64,000 bases of DNA from NCBI GenBank assembly GCA_963708135.1, contig OY970192.1, positions 416,001 through 480,000 of the forward strand, given 5' to 3'. Position numbers and translations under genes: made by a program. Below the pieces are notes generated by a model. That model made no database searches and was not told the origin of the DNA. It saw nothing but the letters and a program-made list of their open reading frames with translations. Positions 41,945 through 51,737 of the stretch are shown in pieces (position 1 is the first letter of the stretch; every line of letters starts with the position of its first letter). Source of the stretch: an uncultured Gemmatimonadales bacterium. GTDB lineage: Bacteria > Gemmatimonadota > Gemmatimonadetes > Longimicrobiales > RSA9.

Positions 41945-44900
41945 ATGACGCCATACATAGAGCTTCGCGCCCACAGCGCCTTCTCCTTCGGCGACGGCAC
42001 CGCCTCGCCCGAGGCGTTGGTCGCGCGTGCCGCGGCGCTGGGCTACCCGGCGCTGGGGCTCACGGATCACGCCGACCTGGGCGGCATCATCCGCTTCACG
42101 CTCGAGGCGGAGCGGCAGGGCATCCGCCCCGTGATCGGCGCCGAGCTGCCCGTGGACGGCTATCCGACCGCCTTCCTGGCCGCCACCGCCGAGGGCTACC
42201 GCAACCTCGCCGCGCTGGTGACGCGGGCCAGGATCGGAGGGCTGCCGGTGGTGGAGGCGGGCGCCGCGGGCGCCGGGAGTGGGGGAGTGGGAGAATGGGG
42301 GACCCAACGACAGAGTGGGAGAGCGGGGGAGTGGGGGACTCCGGGCGGGCCTCACTTCGCCCGGCGGGGTGCCGGGCCTCGCGCCCCGGCCGGCGCCGCG
42401 AGCGCTCAGGTGCGCCGCGAGCGTTCGGATGCGCCGCCGCAGTCGGCGCAGTCGGCGCAGTTGGCGGCCGCCGGGCAGCGGACTGGCCCGGCAACTGGAA
42501 GCCCCCGCAATCGTCGCCCGGTCCCCCACTCCCCCACTCCCCCACTCGGGAGGGGCGACAGGGCCGGGCCGGGCCGGGCCGGGTGGGGCGACGTGGAAGG
42601 CCCGGGCCGGCCACGGGGCCGCCCCGCCCTGACGTTCGACGACGTCGCCGCCCGGGCGGCGGGGCTCTGGGCGCTCACCGGCCCGCCCGGCGGGGGCGAG
42701 ATCCCGTCGCTGCTGCGCGCGCGGCGGCCGGACGAGGCGGTCTTCGCGCTGGAGCGGTGGCGGGCGGCGTTTGGCGGACGGCTGGCGGTGGAGGTGCAGC
42801 TGCACCACGTCTCGGGCGAGGAGGCGGCGCTGGCGGCGTCGCTCGTCGAGCTGGCGGAGCGGAGCGGCGCCACGTGGCTGGCCACCAACGACCCGCGCTA
42901 CCTGGATGGCGGCGGCCGGCTGGTGCACGATCTGCTCGTGGCCAACCGGGCGGGCGTGGACGTGAACACGGCGGCGTCGTGGGGGCTGCTGCTGCCGAAC
43001 GGCGAGTGGCGGCTGAAGGAGCCGGGCGAGATGCGGCGGCTGTGGCGCGGGCGGGAGGCCGGGCTCGAGGCGACGCACCGCGTCGCATTGGATTGCGGCT
43101 TCGACCTTCGCTGGGTGCGTCCGCCGCTGCCGCGCTACCCGGTACCGCGCGGCGAGACGGACGATTCCTGGCTGCGCGAGCTCACCTTCCGCGGCGCGCG
43201 CGAGCGCTGGGGCGAGCTGGACGAGCGGCAGACGGCGCAGCTCGACCACGAGCTGGGCGTCATCGCGCGGCTCGGCTTTGCCGGCTTCTTCCTGGTCATG
43301 TGGGACGCGGTCCGTTATGCGCGCGAGCAGGGGATCCTGTGCCAGGGGCGGGGCAGCGCCGCCAACTCCGCCGTCGCGTACTGCCTGGCCATCACGGCCG
43401 TGGACCCCGTGAAGCACGGGCTGCTCTTCGAGCGCTTCCTCAGCGAGGTGAGGACCGACGGGCGCACGGAGGCGCCCGACATCGACGTGGACTTCGAGAT
43501 GCACCGGCGCGAGGAGGTGCTCGACTACATGTACGAGCGCTACGGCCGCCGCCACGCGGCCATCACCTGCGTGGCGCAGGCGTACCACGCGCCCAGCGCC
43601 ATCCAGGACGTGATGCGCGCGCTCGGCTGGCCGGCGGAGGAGGCGCTCGCGCTCTCCAAGCGGGTGCACGGCCAGGCGCCGAGCGTGGGCGCCGCGCGCA
43701 TCGAGGCCGAGCTGGCCGCGTCGGTCGGCCTGGACCTGGCCGAGCCGCGCGTCCGCGCGCTGCTCTCCGCCCTGCGCGCGCTGGACGACGTGCCGCGGCT
43801 CCGCTCCACGCACCCCGGCGGCTTCGTGCTGTCCGCCGAGCCGCTCGGCGACTACATGCCGATCGAGCACACGACCATGGGCCGCACCATCGTGCAGTTC
43901 GACAAGGACGACCTGGACGCCGCGGGCGTGCCCAAGTTCGACTTCCTCGGGCTCGGCGGGCTGAGCGCCGTGCACCTGGCGTTCGAGGCCATCGAGGGGC
44001 GCACGGGCGAGAAGATGGAGCTCTACTCGCTGCCCACGGACGATGCCGCCACCTACGACATGATCGCCGCCGGCGACACGGTGGGCACCTTCCAGATCGA
44101 GAGCCGCGCGCAGATCCAGTCCATCCTGCAGACCCGCCCCGAGCGCCTCTACGACCTGGTCGTGCAGGTGGCGCTCATCCGGCCGGGCCCGATCCAGGCC
44201 AGGTTCGTACGCCCCTATACCATGCGACGCCGCGGCCTCGAGGACGTCGCGTACGCGCACCCCCGGCTCGAGCCGATCCTGCGCCGCACCTACGGCATCC
44301 CGATCTTCCAGGAGCAGGCCATGGCCATCTCCATGGCGCTGGGCGGCTTCAGCGCCGCCGAGGCCGACGAGCTGCGCCGCGCCATGGGCCACCACAGGAA
44401 GCTGCCGAAGCTGCAGGCCGTGCTCGCCCGGCTGCGCCAGCGCATCGTGGCCAACACGGGGCTCGCCGCCGAGGCCGCCGGCGGCATCGTGGACGACCTG
44501 CTCTCCTTCGCCAACTACGGCTTCCCCGAGAGCCACGCCTGGAGCTTCGCCCTCATCGCCTACGCGACGGCGTACCTGAAGGCGCACTACCCCGCCGAGT
44601 TCGCCCTCGGTCTGCTCAACGCCTGGCCGATGGGGTTCTACCCGCCGGCGACGCTGGTCCACGACGCGCGGCGGCACGGCGTGACCGTGCTGGCGCCGTG
44701 TCTGAGGGATGGCGAGTGGGACTGCACGCTGGAGGCGCAAGCGCAAGCGCAAGGGCAAGCGCAAGCGTCAACTGCGTCTACGCCTGCGTCTGCCGCTGCC
44801 CTCGCGGCGCCTGCGCCTGCGCTTGCGCTTGCTCTTGCGGCGCCGGCGCAGCCGGCGCTCCGCATTGGCTGGCGCCACATTCGCGGGCTGGGCGAGCGCG

Positions 44901-45544
44901 CCCGCGAAGCCCTCGTGGCGGCGCGGGAAGACGGCCCGTTCACCTCGATCCAGGACGTCATGCGGCGTGCCCGTCTGGGCCGCGCGGAGGCGTTGCACCT
45001 GGCGCGGGCGGGGGCGTTCGAGGCGTTCGAGCCGGGGCGGCGGCGGGCGGCGTGGGAGGCGCTGCGCGCGGCGGGCGATGCGCTGCCGCTCGCGCCGGCG
45101 CGGCGCCTGCCGTTCGACCCGCGGGAGCTGGAGGGCGAGGAGCTGATCTTCCTCGACTACCTGGCCACGGGGATCAGCGTGCGCGGGCACCCGATGGAGC
45201 ACCTGCGGCCGCGGCTGGAGGCGGCGGGGGTGACGTCCAGCCGGGGGCTTCCGGGGCTGGCGGATGGAGCGCGCACGGTGGTGGCGGGGCTCGTCGTCGC
45301 CAGGCAGCATCCGGAGACGGCGAAGGGCACGGTGTTCGTGCTGCTCGAGGACGAGTTCGGCTTCCTCAACATCATCGTCCCCGCGCGCACGTTCGAGCAG
45401 AACCGCGAGACGGTGAAGTTCTCGCCGTTCCTCGTGGTCGAGGGGCGGCTGGAGCGCGACGGCCGCGCGCTGAACGTGGTGGGCCGCCGCTTCCGCGAGC
45501 TCACGACCCGCGAGCTGACGTTCCGCTCGCGCAACTTCCGGTGA
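41945..45544 (+). CDS. dnaE2: Error-prone DNA polymerase III alpha (DnaE2/ImuC)
   Basis: YIELRAHSAFSF, GRGSAANSAV, PDIDVDF, HPGGFV, FQIESRAQ, YGFPESHA, C-terminal SRNFR. Confidence 0.96.
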   Translation: MTPYIELRAHSAFSFGDGTASPEALVARAAALGYPALGLTDHADLGGIIRFTLEAERQGIRPVIGAELPVDGYPTAFLAATAEGYRNLAALVTRARIGGLPVVEAGAAGAGSGGVGEWGTQRQSGRAGEWGTPGGPHFARRGAGPRAPAGAASAQVRRERSDAPPQSAQSAQLAAAGQRTGPATGSPRNRRPVPHSPTPPLGRGDRAGPGRAGWGDVEGPGRPRGRPALTFDDVAARAAGLWALTGPPGGGEIPSLLRARRPDEAVFALERWRAAFGGRLAVEVQLHHVSGEEAALAASLVELAERSGATWLATNDPRYLDGGGRLVHDLLVANRAGVDVNTAASWGLLLPNGEWRLKEPGEMRRLWRGREAGLEATHRVALDCGFDLRWVRPPLPRYPVPRGETDDSWLRELTFRGARERWGELDERQTAQLDHELGVIARLGFAGFFLVMWDAVRYAREQGILCQGRGSAANSAVAYCLAITAVDPVKHGLLFERFLSEVRTDGRTEAPDIDVDFEMHRREEVLDYMYERYGRRHAAITCVAQAYHAPSAIQDVMRALGWPAEEALALSKRVHGQAPSVGAARIEAELAASVGLDLAEPRVRALLSALRALDDVPRLRSTHPGGFVLSAEPLGDYMPIEHTTMGRTIVQFDKDDLDAAGVPKFDFLGLGGLSAVHLAFEAIEGRTGEKMELYSLPTDDAATYDMIAAGDTVGTFQIESRAQIQSILQTRPERLYDLVVQVALIRPGPIQARFVRPYTMRRRGLEDVAYAHPRLEPILRRTYGIPIFQEQAMAISMALGGFSAAEADELRRAMGHHRKLPKLQAVLARLRQRIVANTGLAAEAAGGIVDDLLSFANYGFPESHAWSFALIAYATAYLKAHYPAEFALGLLNAWPMGFYPPATLVHDARRHGVTVLAPCLRDGEWDCTLEAQAQAQGQAQASTASTPASAAALAAPAPALALALAAPAQPALRIGWRHIRGLGERAREALVAAREDGPFTSIQDVMRRARLGRAEALHLARAGAFEAFEPGRRRAAWEALRAAGDALPLAPARRLPFDPRELEGEELIFLDYLATGISVRGHPMEHLRPRLEAAGVTSSRGLPGLADGARTVVAGLVVARQHPETAKGTVFVLLEDEFGFLNIIVPARTFEQNRETVKFSPFLVVEGRLERDGRALNVVGRRFRELTTRELTFRSRNFR

Positions 45545-45567
45545 ACCATCCAACGGCGGAGGGGAGC

Positions 45568-46011
45568 ATGGACGGCCAGTCGAATGGCGGGAACGCGGCG
45601 AGCGGCGGCAATGGCGCGGACGGGCCGGACCGGGTGAGCGGGATCGGCTTCCTGGGCCTGCGCACGGTCATCTACCACGTGGAGGACCTGGACGCGGCCA
45701 AGGCGTGGTACGCGGAGGTGCTCGGCTTCGAGCCGTACTTCGACGAGCCGTTCTACGTCGGCTTCGAGGTGGGCGGCTACGAGCTGGGGCTGAACCCGAA
45801 CCTCGACGAGGCGACGCCGGGCGCCGGCGGCGTGCTCGCGTACTGGGGCGTCGCGGACGCGGATGCCGCTTTCGCCCGGCTGCTCGAGCTCGGCGCCGAG
45901 AAACACGTGCCGGTCTCCGATGTCGGCGGCGGGATCCGCGTGGCCAGCGTGCGCGACCCGTTCGGCAACCTGCTCGGCGTCATCGAGAACCCGCACTTCG
46001 CGGCGAAGTGA
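45568..46011 (+). CDS. VOC/glyoxalase family protein
   Basis: TVIYHV.DL.AAK.WY...LG, RDPFGN..G.IE; alternative GTG start at 45634. Confidence 0.9.
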   Translation: MDGQSNGGNAASGGNGADGPDRVSGIGFLGLRTVIYHVEDLDAAKAWYAEVLGFEPYFDEPFYVGFEVGGYELGLNPNLDEATPGAGGVLAYWGVADADAAFARLLELGAEKHVPVSDVGGGIRVASVRDPFGNLLGVIENPHFAAK

Positions 46012-46022
46012 AGGCGAAGGGA

Positions 46023-46838
46023 ATGGAACGGCGGCAGCTCGGGCGCGCGGGGTTCGACGTGCCCGTCGTCGGCATGGGCACGTGGCGCACCTTCGACGCG
46101 CGGAACCACGAGGGCGAGAAGGCGGCGCGCGCGGTGGTGGACGCGGCCCTCGAGGCCGGCACCGATTTCTTCGACACCTCGCCCATGTACGGGCAGGCGG
46201 AGCGCGTGCTCGCGGGCACGCTCTCCGGCCGCCGGCATTCGGTGCTGGTGGCGGACAAGATCCGGGCGGACACGGCGGAGGAGGGCCGGGCGCAGGCGGA
46301 GCGCGCGCTCGGCTGGTACGACTGGATCGACCTCTACCAGATCCACAACCTGGCCGCGTGGGAGGCGCAGCTCGATCCGCTCGAGCGGCTGCAGGCGGAG
46401 GACCGGGTGCGCGCCATCGGCGCCACGCACTACCGCCCCGAGGCGTTCGGCGAGCTCGAGCGCGTCATGCGCAGCGGCCGGATCCAGGTGATCCAGGTGC
46501 CCTACAGCCCGCTCGAGCGCGAGGTCGAGGAGCGGATCCTGCCGCTGGCGGAGGAGCTCGGGCTGGGCGTCGTCGTCATGCGGCCGTTCGCGCAGGGGGC
46601 GCTCCTGCGACGCACCCCGCGGGCGAAGGCGCTCGCGTCGCTGCGCGAGCTGGGCATCCAGAGCTGGCCGCAGGCGCTGCTCCGGTGGATCCTGAGCGAC
46701 CGCCGCTGCCACGTGGCCATTCCGGCGACGTCGCGGCCCGCGCACATGACCGCGAACGCCGCCGCCGGCGCGCCGCCATGGCTCGACGCGGACGCGTGCG
46801 GATACGTGGCGCGGCTGGCCGTGGAGCTCGCCGGATGA
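46023..46838 (+). CDS. Aldo/keto reductase
   Basis: VVGMGTW, FFDTSPMYG.AE, DLYQIH, RAIGAT, IPAT. Confidence 0.92.
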   Translation: MERRQLGRAGFDVPVVGMGTWRTFDARNHEGEKAARAVVDAALEAGTDFFDTSPMYGQAERVLAGTLSGRRHSVLVADKIRADTAEEGRAQAERALGWYDWIDLYQIHNLAAWEAQLDPLERLQAEDRVRAIGATHYRPEAFGELERVMRSGRIQVIQVPYSPLEREVEERILPLAEELGLGVVVMRPFAQGALLRRTPRAKALASLRELGIQSWPQALLRWILSDRRCHVAIPATSRPAHMTANAAAGAPPWLDADACGYVARLAVELAG

Positions 46839-47953
46839 GCGGCGGCGGGAAGGCGCCCGAGCGCGGAGGCGGCGCCGCCCCTCCGGGAGGAGCGCGTCCC
46901 CCGGGCTACCGCGGTCGCGGCTCGGCGTCGAACCCGAAGAACCGGTTCGAGGCGCTCGAGGTGCTGCCCGACCCCGCGGCGCGCGAGGAGGACGATCCCG
47001 GGCCGCTCACCCGGATCCTGCGCGACACCACGCGCACGATCATCGCCACGAACGACAGCCCCGACGTGGGCTTCGACGCAAGTGTAAATCCCTACAGGGG
47101 GTGCGAGCATGGGTGCGTCTACTGCTACGCCCGGCCCTTCCACGAGTACCTCGGCTTCTCGGCCGGGCTCGACTTCGAGACCAGGATCCTGGCCAAGCCG
47201 GACGCGGCGGCGCTGCTGCGGAAGGCGCTCTCCCGGCCGTCGTGGGAGCCGCGCGTCATCGCGCTGTCGGGCGTGACCGACGCCTACCAGCCGGCCGAGC
47301 GGCGGCTGCGCATCACGCGTGGCTGCCTCGAGGTGCTGGCGGAGTTCAGGAACCCCGTCGCCATCATCACGAAGAACCACCTCGTTACCCGCGACGCCGA
47401 CCTGCTCGCCGACCTCGCCGCCGTGGACGCCGCGGCCGTCAACCTCTCGATCACCTCGCTCCGCCCCGAGCTCCAGCGCGTCATGGAGCCGCGCGCCTCC
47501 ACCCCCGCCCGCCGCCTCGCCGCCGTGGAGGCGCTCGCCAAGGCCGGCGTGCCCGTCGGCGTCATGGTCGCCCCCGTCATCCCCGGCCTCACCGACACCG
47601 AGATGCCCGCCATCCTCCAGGCCGCCGCCAGTGCCGGCGCGCAGTGGGCCGGCACCATCGCGCTGCGGCTGCCGCACGGCGTGAAGGACCTCTTCGAGGA
47701 CTGGCTCGAGCGCAACTTCCCGGACCGGAAGGAGCGGGTGCTGAACCGCATCCGCGAGATCCGCGGCGGCCAGCTCAACGAGTCCGCGTTCGGCAAGCGC
47801 ATGCGCGGCGAGGGGGAGTACGCGGACCAGATGCGGGCGCTGTTCGAGGCGGCCAGGAAGAAGGCGGGCCTGGATGGGCCGCGGCCCGTGCTGTCCACCG
47901 CCGCGTTCCACGTGCCGGCGAAGGGCGGGCAGCTCGGGCTGTTCGATGGGTGA
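46835..47953 (+). CDS. PA0069/Rv2578c-type radical SAM protein (spore-photoproduct-lyase-related)
   Basis: SVNPYRGCEHGCVYCYARP, LSGVTDAYQP.E, MEPRA..P..RL, C-terminal QLGLF; ATGA overlap with the upstream gene. Confidence 0.93.
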   Translation: MSGGGKAPERGGGAAPPGGARPPGYRGRGSASNPKNRFEALEVLPDPAAREEDDPGPLTRILRDTTRTIIATNDSPDVGFDASVNPYRGCEHGCVYCYARPFHEYLGFSAGLDFETRILAKPDAAALLRKALSRPSWEPRVIALSGVTDAYQPAERRLRITRGCLEVLAEFRNPVAIITKNHLVTRDADLLADLAAVDAAAVNLSITSLRPELQRVMEPRASTPARRLAAVEALAKAGVPVGVMVAPVIPGLTDTEMPAILQAAASAGAQWAGTIALRLPHGVKDLFEDWLERNFPDRKERVLNRIREIRGGQLNESAFGKRMRGEGEYADQMRALFEAARKKAGLDGPRPVLSTAAFHVPAKGGQLGLFDG

Positions 47954-47955
47954 TC

Positions 47956-48134
47956 GGCAGCGCTCCGGCGGGGGCGGCTCCCTGCGGCGCCGGGCTCGGC
48001 AGCGCTCCGGCGGGGGCGGCTCCCTGCGGCGCCGGGCTCGGCAGCGCTCCGGCGGGGGCGGCTCCCTGCGCGACCGCCTCCGCTCGCTGCGCTCGCTTCG
48101 CAAAGGCAGGGTCGCTCCGGGAGCCGCCCCCGCC
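47956..48134. repeat. 84-bp hairpin element (48051-48134) preceded by two 42-bp partial copies
   Basis: GGCGGGGGCGGCTCCC...GGGAGCCGCCCCCGCC; same element as the array at 52.7-53.5 kb. Confidence 0.92.
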
Positions 48135-48210
48135 TCCGCCGTCGGGCCGCTTCGGCGGCGCAGTGCGCAACCCCCACAGCCGCCCGCCTCGCGCCCACGC
48201 GCTCTGCGGT

Positions 48211-49254
48211 TCAGTCGCCGGCTTCGGATGCCTGCCTGCTTCGCGGTCCCGCCAGCATGCGCGTGCGCAGCTCCTCGCCCCAGCCCGTGGCGTTCAGCGA
48301 GCCGAAGATGGCGGTCGCCTCGGCGCGGAGCGCATCCGCCCGGTCATCATCGCCCCGGGCGAGAGCGACGACGGCGAGTCCCTCGAGCGTTTCGGCCTCG
48401 AGCAGTCGGAGGCTCGTCTGCCGGGCGGTGGCCAGCGCGTGCGCGAGTTGCCGCTCGGCCTCCGCGGTGTCCGACTGCCACAGCGCGATGACGCCGAGGA
48501 CCCGGACGGCCTCGGCGGCGGCGCCGGGCTCGCCAAGCTCGCGGAAGCGGGCCAGGGCGCGCGCCGCGGTAGCGCGTGCCAGGGGGAAGTCGCCGCCGAA
48601 GGCCATGAGCAGCGCCCACTCCTGCTCCACGCGGGCCACCTCGTCCTTGCTGCCGTCCGCGCGCGCGTAGGCGGCGGCGCGGCGGAAGGCCTGCTCGGCC
48701 TCGCGCGGGAAATCCATCTCGCGGTATGTGATGGCCAGGTTGTGGTGGGCCTGGGCCAGGCCGCGCAGGTAGCCGAGGCGGCGGTAGGAGACGATGGCCC
48801 GCTGGTACGTGGCCACGGCGGAGTCGCGGCGGCCGGTGAGCGTGAAGATGATGCCGAGGTTCTGGTTCGCGCGGGCGACGAACTCCTCGTCGCGTGCGCG
48901 GCTCGCCGCGTCCAGCAGCCAGCGCCACGACGCCTCCGCGCGCGCGACGTTGCCCTGCTCGAAGAAGAGGATCCCCTGGAGGTTCAGCAGATTCCGCAGG
49001 AGGGTATCGTTGCCGCGGCGGCGGCACACGGGCGCGAGCGCCTCGACCAGCCGCAGCGCCTGCGGGCGCTCGCCCGCCCGGCGGAGCGACTCCGCGCGCA
49101 GAACACCCAGCTCCGGCTCCGCGAGCAACGCATCGAGCGACAGCCGGGCCAGCAGCTCCGCCACCCGCCCGTACTCACGCGTCGCGACGAGGGCGCGCGC
49201 GCGCTCGAGCAGGGCGGCGAGCTCCGAGGGCGCGGGGAAGCCGGCGGGGGACAC
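48211..49254 (-). CDS. Tetratricopeptide repeat protein
   Basis: LLNLQGIL, ARANQNLGII, AQAHHNLAITY, A.AVRVLGV repeats. Confidence 0.85.
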   Translation of the reverse strand: MSPAGFPAPSELAALLERARALVATREYGRVAELLARLSLDALLAEPELGVLRAESLRRAGERPQALRLVEALAPVCRRRGNDTLLRNLLNLQGILFFEQGNVARAEASWRWLLDAASRARDEEFVARANQNLGIIFTLTGRRDSAVATYQRAIVSYRRLGYLRGLAQAHHNLAITYREMDFPREAEQAFRRAAAYARADGSKDEVARVEQEWALLMAFGGDFPLARATAARALARFRELGEPGAAAEAVRVLGVIALWQSDTAEAERQLAHALATARQTSLRLLEAETLEGLAVVALARGDDDRADALRAEATAIFGSLNATGWGEELRTRMLAGPRSRQASEAGD

Positions 49255-49267
49255 GTCGCCTTCCGGG

Positions 49268-49894
49268 TCAGCTCGCCACGGCGAAGCCCGTGAAGCCGGA
49301 GATGCTGCCCTCCAGCTTCTGGGCGTCCGCTGCCCGGATCGTGCCGATCGGGAACCAGCGCTCCCCCGGCTGCTCCTGCCGCCACAGCTTCAGCCCGTCG
49401 AGCACACGCTGGTCCCGCGCGTCCACCTTGCCGTCGCCGTTCAGGTCCTGCTTGATGTGCCGGTAGCTCACGCTCAGCTGCGCCGGGTGGTCCGTCGAGA
49501 AGACCAGCCCCGTAGGCTCGAACCGGAACACCAGCCGGTCCGTCGGATCCACCGACACCGTGATCTGGATCGAGTCGCCCGGCGCAAGGGAACTCCCGTC
49601 CGGCCGGTGTAGAAGCGCGCCGGCGGGAATATCCAGCGTCAGGATCGGCTCGCCCAGCCCGCCGCCCTGCCCCTGCCCCGGCTTGTAACGCAGCTCCAGC
49701 GTGCGGTCCTGCCCCGCCACCGCCCACACGCTGTCCGAGACCGGCAGCAGCGAGTCCACATCCGCCGAGAAGCTCGCGAACGTCAGCTCCGACTCGGGAA
49801 CCCCGTCCTTCGCCGGGTCCGTCGAGCCGTGGTCACAAGCCGCCGCCGTCGCGAGCGGCAGCGCGAGCAGCAGCAGTCCTCTCCAGCGTCGCAT
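49268..49894 (-). CDS. Hypothetical lipoprotein (beta-rich, possibly ZU5-like)
   Basis: ATG at 49894, lipobox AAAC, LDIPAGAL...FEPTGLVF....L.VSY, terminal GFTGFAVAS. Confidence 0.78.
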   Translation of the reverse strand: MRRWRGLLLLALPLATAAACDHGSTDPAKDGVPESELTFASFSADVDSLLPVSDSVWAVAGQDRTLELRYKPGQGQGGGLGEPILTLDIPAGALLHRPDGSSLAPGDSIQITVSVDPTDRLVFRFEPTGLVFSTDHPAQLSVSYRHIKQDLNGDGKVDARDQRVLDGLKLWRQEQPGERWFPIGTIRAADAQKLEGSISGFTGFAVAS

Positions 49895-49940
49895 CGGGTC
49901 CTTCTTTCGTCTGGGGCCGGCAAGCTCCACCGCGTCTTGA

Positions 49941-49954
49941 GCAGCCGGTGTGCC
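49941..49954 (-). promoter_or_regulatory. Sigma-54 -24/-12 promoter
   Basis: Minus strand GGCACACCGGCTGC (GG-N10-GC). Confidence 0.7.
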
Positions 49955-50016
49955 CGCCGTAACTCGTTGTCGCATCGCCATCTGTGCGGCCGCCGACCGT
50001 CCACGAGCGCGACGGC

Positions 50017-50033
50017 CGTAGCGTTTCGCTACG
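50017..50033. promoter_or_regulatory. Enhancer (UAS) palindrome
   Basis: CGTAGCG-TTT-CGCTACG, the exact reverse complement of 51564-51580. Confidence 0.75.
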
Positions 50034-50093
50034 CGGGCGCCTCTCCGCCCGCCGTCGGCAAGCCGGCCCTGCGCCCCCGCGCCCCGCGTCCCG

Positions 50094-51416
50094 TCATCCC
50101 CCGCCCTCCAGCAGCCGATACAGCCTCGTCCGGCTGATGCCGAGGGCGTCGGCGGCGGCGGTCTTGTTGCCGCCGCAGCGCTCGAGCATGGCGCGGGCTG
50201 CGGCCTCCTCGATGACATCCATGCTCGCGGGGAAGGGCAGGGTGCCGTTGCCGGCGGCCTCGATGGTCCCGGGGAAGAGGTCCTCGCGCCGGACCTGCCC
50301 CTCGCCCAGGACGACGGCGCGCTCGATGGCGTTGCGCAGCTCGCGGATGTTGCCGCGCCAGGGGTGCGCCATGAGGGCGGCGCGCAGCCCGGGGCCGAGG
50401 ATGGGGGCCGGGAGGTCGTAGTCGCCGGCGAAGCGGGCCACGAAATGGTCGGCCAGGCGCAGCACGTCGTCGCCGCGCTCGCGCAGTGGCGGCAGGTGGA
50501 TCGGGATCACGTTCAGACGGTAGTAGAGGTCCTCGCGGAAGCTACCCTCGCGGACGGCCTCGGGCAGGTCGATGTGCGTGGCGGCGATGATGCGGACATC
50601 CACGGCCGTGCTGCGCAGGCTGCCCAGCCGGCGCACCTGCCGGTCCTCGAGCACCTTCAGCAGCTTGACCTGGAGCTCGAGCGGGACGTCTCCGATCTCG
50701 TCCAGGAGGAGCGTTCCGCCGTGCGCCGCCTCGAAGAGGCCCGGCTTGGCCGCGCGCGCATCCGTGAAGGCGCCGCGCTCGTAGCCGAACAGCTCGGCCT
50801 CGAGCAGCGTGGCCGGCAGCGCCGTGCAGTTCACCTCCACGAACGGCTGCTCCGCCCGCGGCCCGTTGTAGTGAATGGCCTGCGCCAGCAGCTCCTTGCC
50901 CGTGCCGGTCTCGCCCGTGATCAGCACTGTGGCCGCCGTGCGCGGGATCACCCGCGCCGCCCGCTCGAGCGCCACCCGCAGCGCCTCGCTCTCGCCCACC
51001 ATCCGCGAGAAGTCGTACTCCTGCCGCTCCCGTGCCGCGAGCGCTTGCGCCCGGTCACGCTCGCGCAGTCGCGCGACCCGCTCCGCCACCCACGCGCGCA
51101 GCGCCTCCAGGTCCCCGGGCAGCGCGAAGAAGTTCGACGCTCCCGCCTGGAGCACCGCCACCGCCAGCCGGTGATCCGGTTCGGCACCTACCGCGGCAAC
51201 GTCGCCCGCGCCCGCCGCCCGCGCATCCTCCACCGCCTCCGGCGCCGCTTCCTCCTCGCCCGCGACCGCGACCAGCACCGCCGCCGCCTCCGACAGCGGC
51301 GCCACGTCCGCCGCGGCGGCGCCCACCCGCAGCACGGCGCCCGCCGAGGCGGCAAGCTCCTCCCACACGCGCGCGAACCCTTCCGTCCGCGCCACGACGG
51401 CGATCACTGCATCCAT
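50094..51416 (-). CDS. Sigma-54-dependent Fis-family activator with degenerate receiver-like N-domain
   Basis: [60 protein letters not shown]. Confidence 0.95.
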   Translation of the reverse strand: MDAVIAVVARTEGFARVWEELAASAGAVLRVGAAAADVAPLSEAAAVLVAVAGEEEAAPEAVEDARAAGAGDVAAVGAEPDHRLAVAVLQAGASNFFALPGDLEALRAWVAERVARLRERDRAQALAARERQEYDFSRMVGESEALRVALERAARVIPRTAATVLITGETGTGKELLAQAIHYNGPRAEQPFVEVNCTALPATLLEAELFGYERGAFTDARAAKPGLFEAAHGGTLLLDEIGDVPLELQVKLLKVLEDRQVRRLGSLRSTAVDVRIIAATHIDLPEAVREGSFREDLYYRLNVIPIHLPPLRERGDDVLRLADHFVARFAGDYDLPAPILGPGLRAALMAHPWRGNIRELRNAIERAVVLGEGQVRREDLFPGTIEAAGNGTLPFPASMDVIEEAAARAMLERCGGNKTAAADALGISRTRLYRLLEGGG

Positions 51417-51563
51417 CTCCGGACCACGCTCCGGCTGATTGACCCGCACCCGTGTCGAGCGGTTCCCCCTCGGATGTGACGATCCGCGGGGCTCGCCCGT
51501 CACAAAGAGTAGCCGTGCGACGTCGCGGCCGGAAGCCGCAGGGGGTCGCGAGGCGAGCCGGCC

Positions 51564-51580
51564 CGTAGCGAAACGCTACG
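51564..51580. promoter_or_regulatory. Enhancer (UAS) palindrome
   Basis: CGTAGCG-AAA-CGCTACG, ~90 bp upstream of a -24/-12 site. Confidence 0.75.
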
Positions 51581-51669
51581 CTATGCCAGCCGGGGTGCTG
51601 GACGGGGCAGGCCCCGTAAGATCGTCAGTTGCAACGAGTTCCGCGTGGGTGTCCGGAAACCTCGGGCGC

Positions 51670-51683
51670 GGAACGCCGGTTGC
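51670..51683 (+). promoter_or_regulatory. Sigma-54 -24/-12 promoter
   Basis: GGAACGCCGGTTGC (GG-N10-GC). Confidence 0.72.
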
Positions 51684-51737
51684 CCTTGCTTCGGGCGAGC
51701 CCCGGAACTCATGGACAGGGGAAATGGAGGAACGCGG

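Noticed and set aside
42276..42550. Intein or intron in dnaE2/imuB
   Set aside because: No C/S...HN intein termini or group I/II features; the inserts are repeat-derived low-complexity sequence
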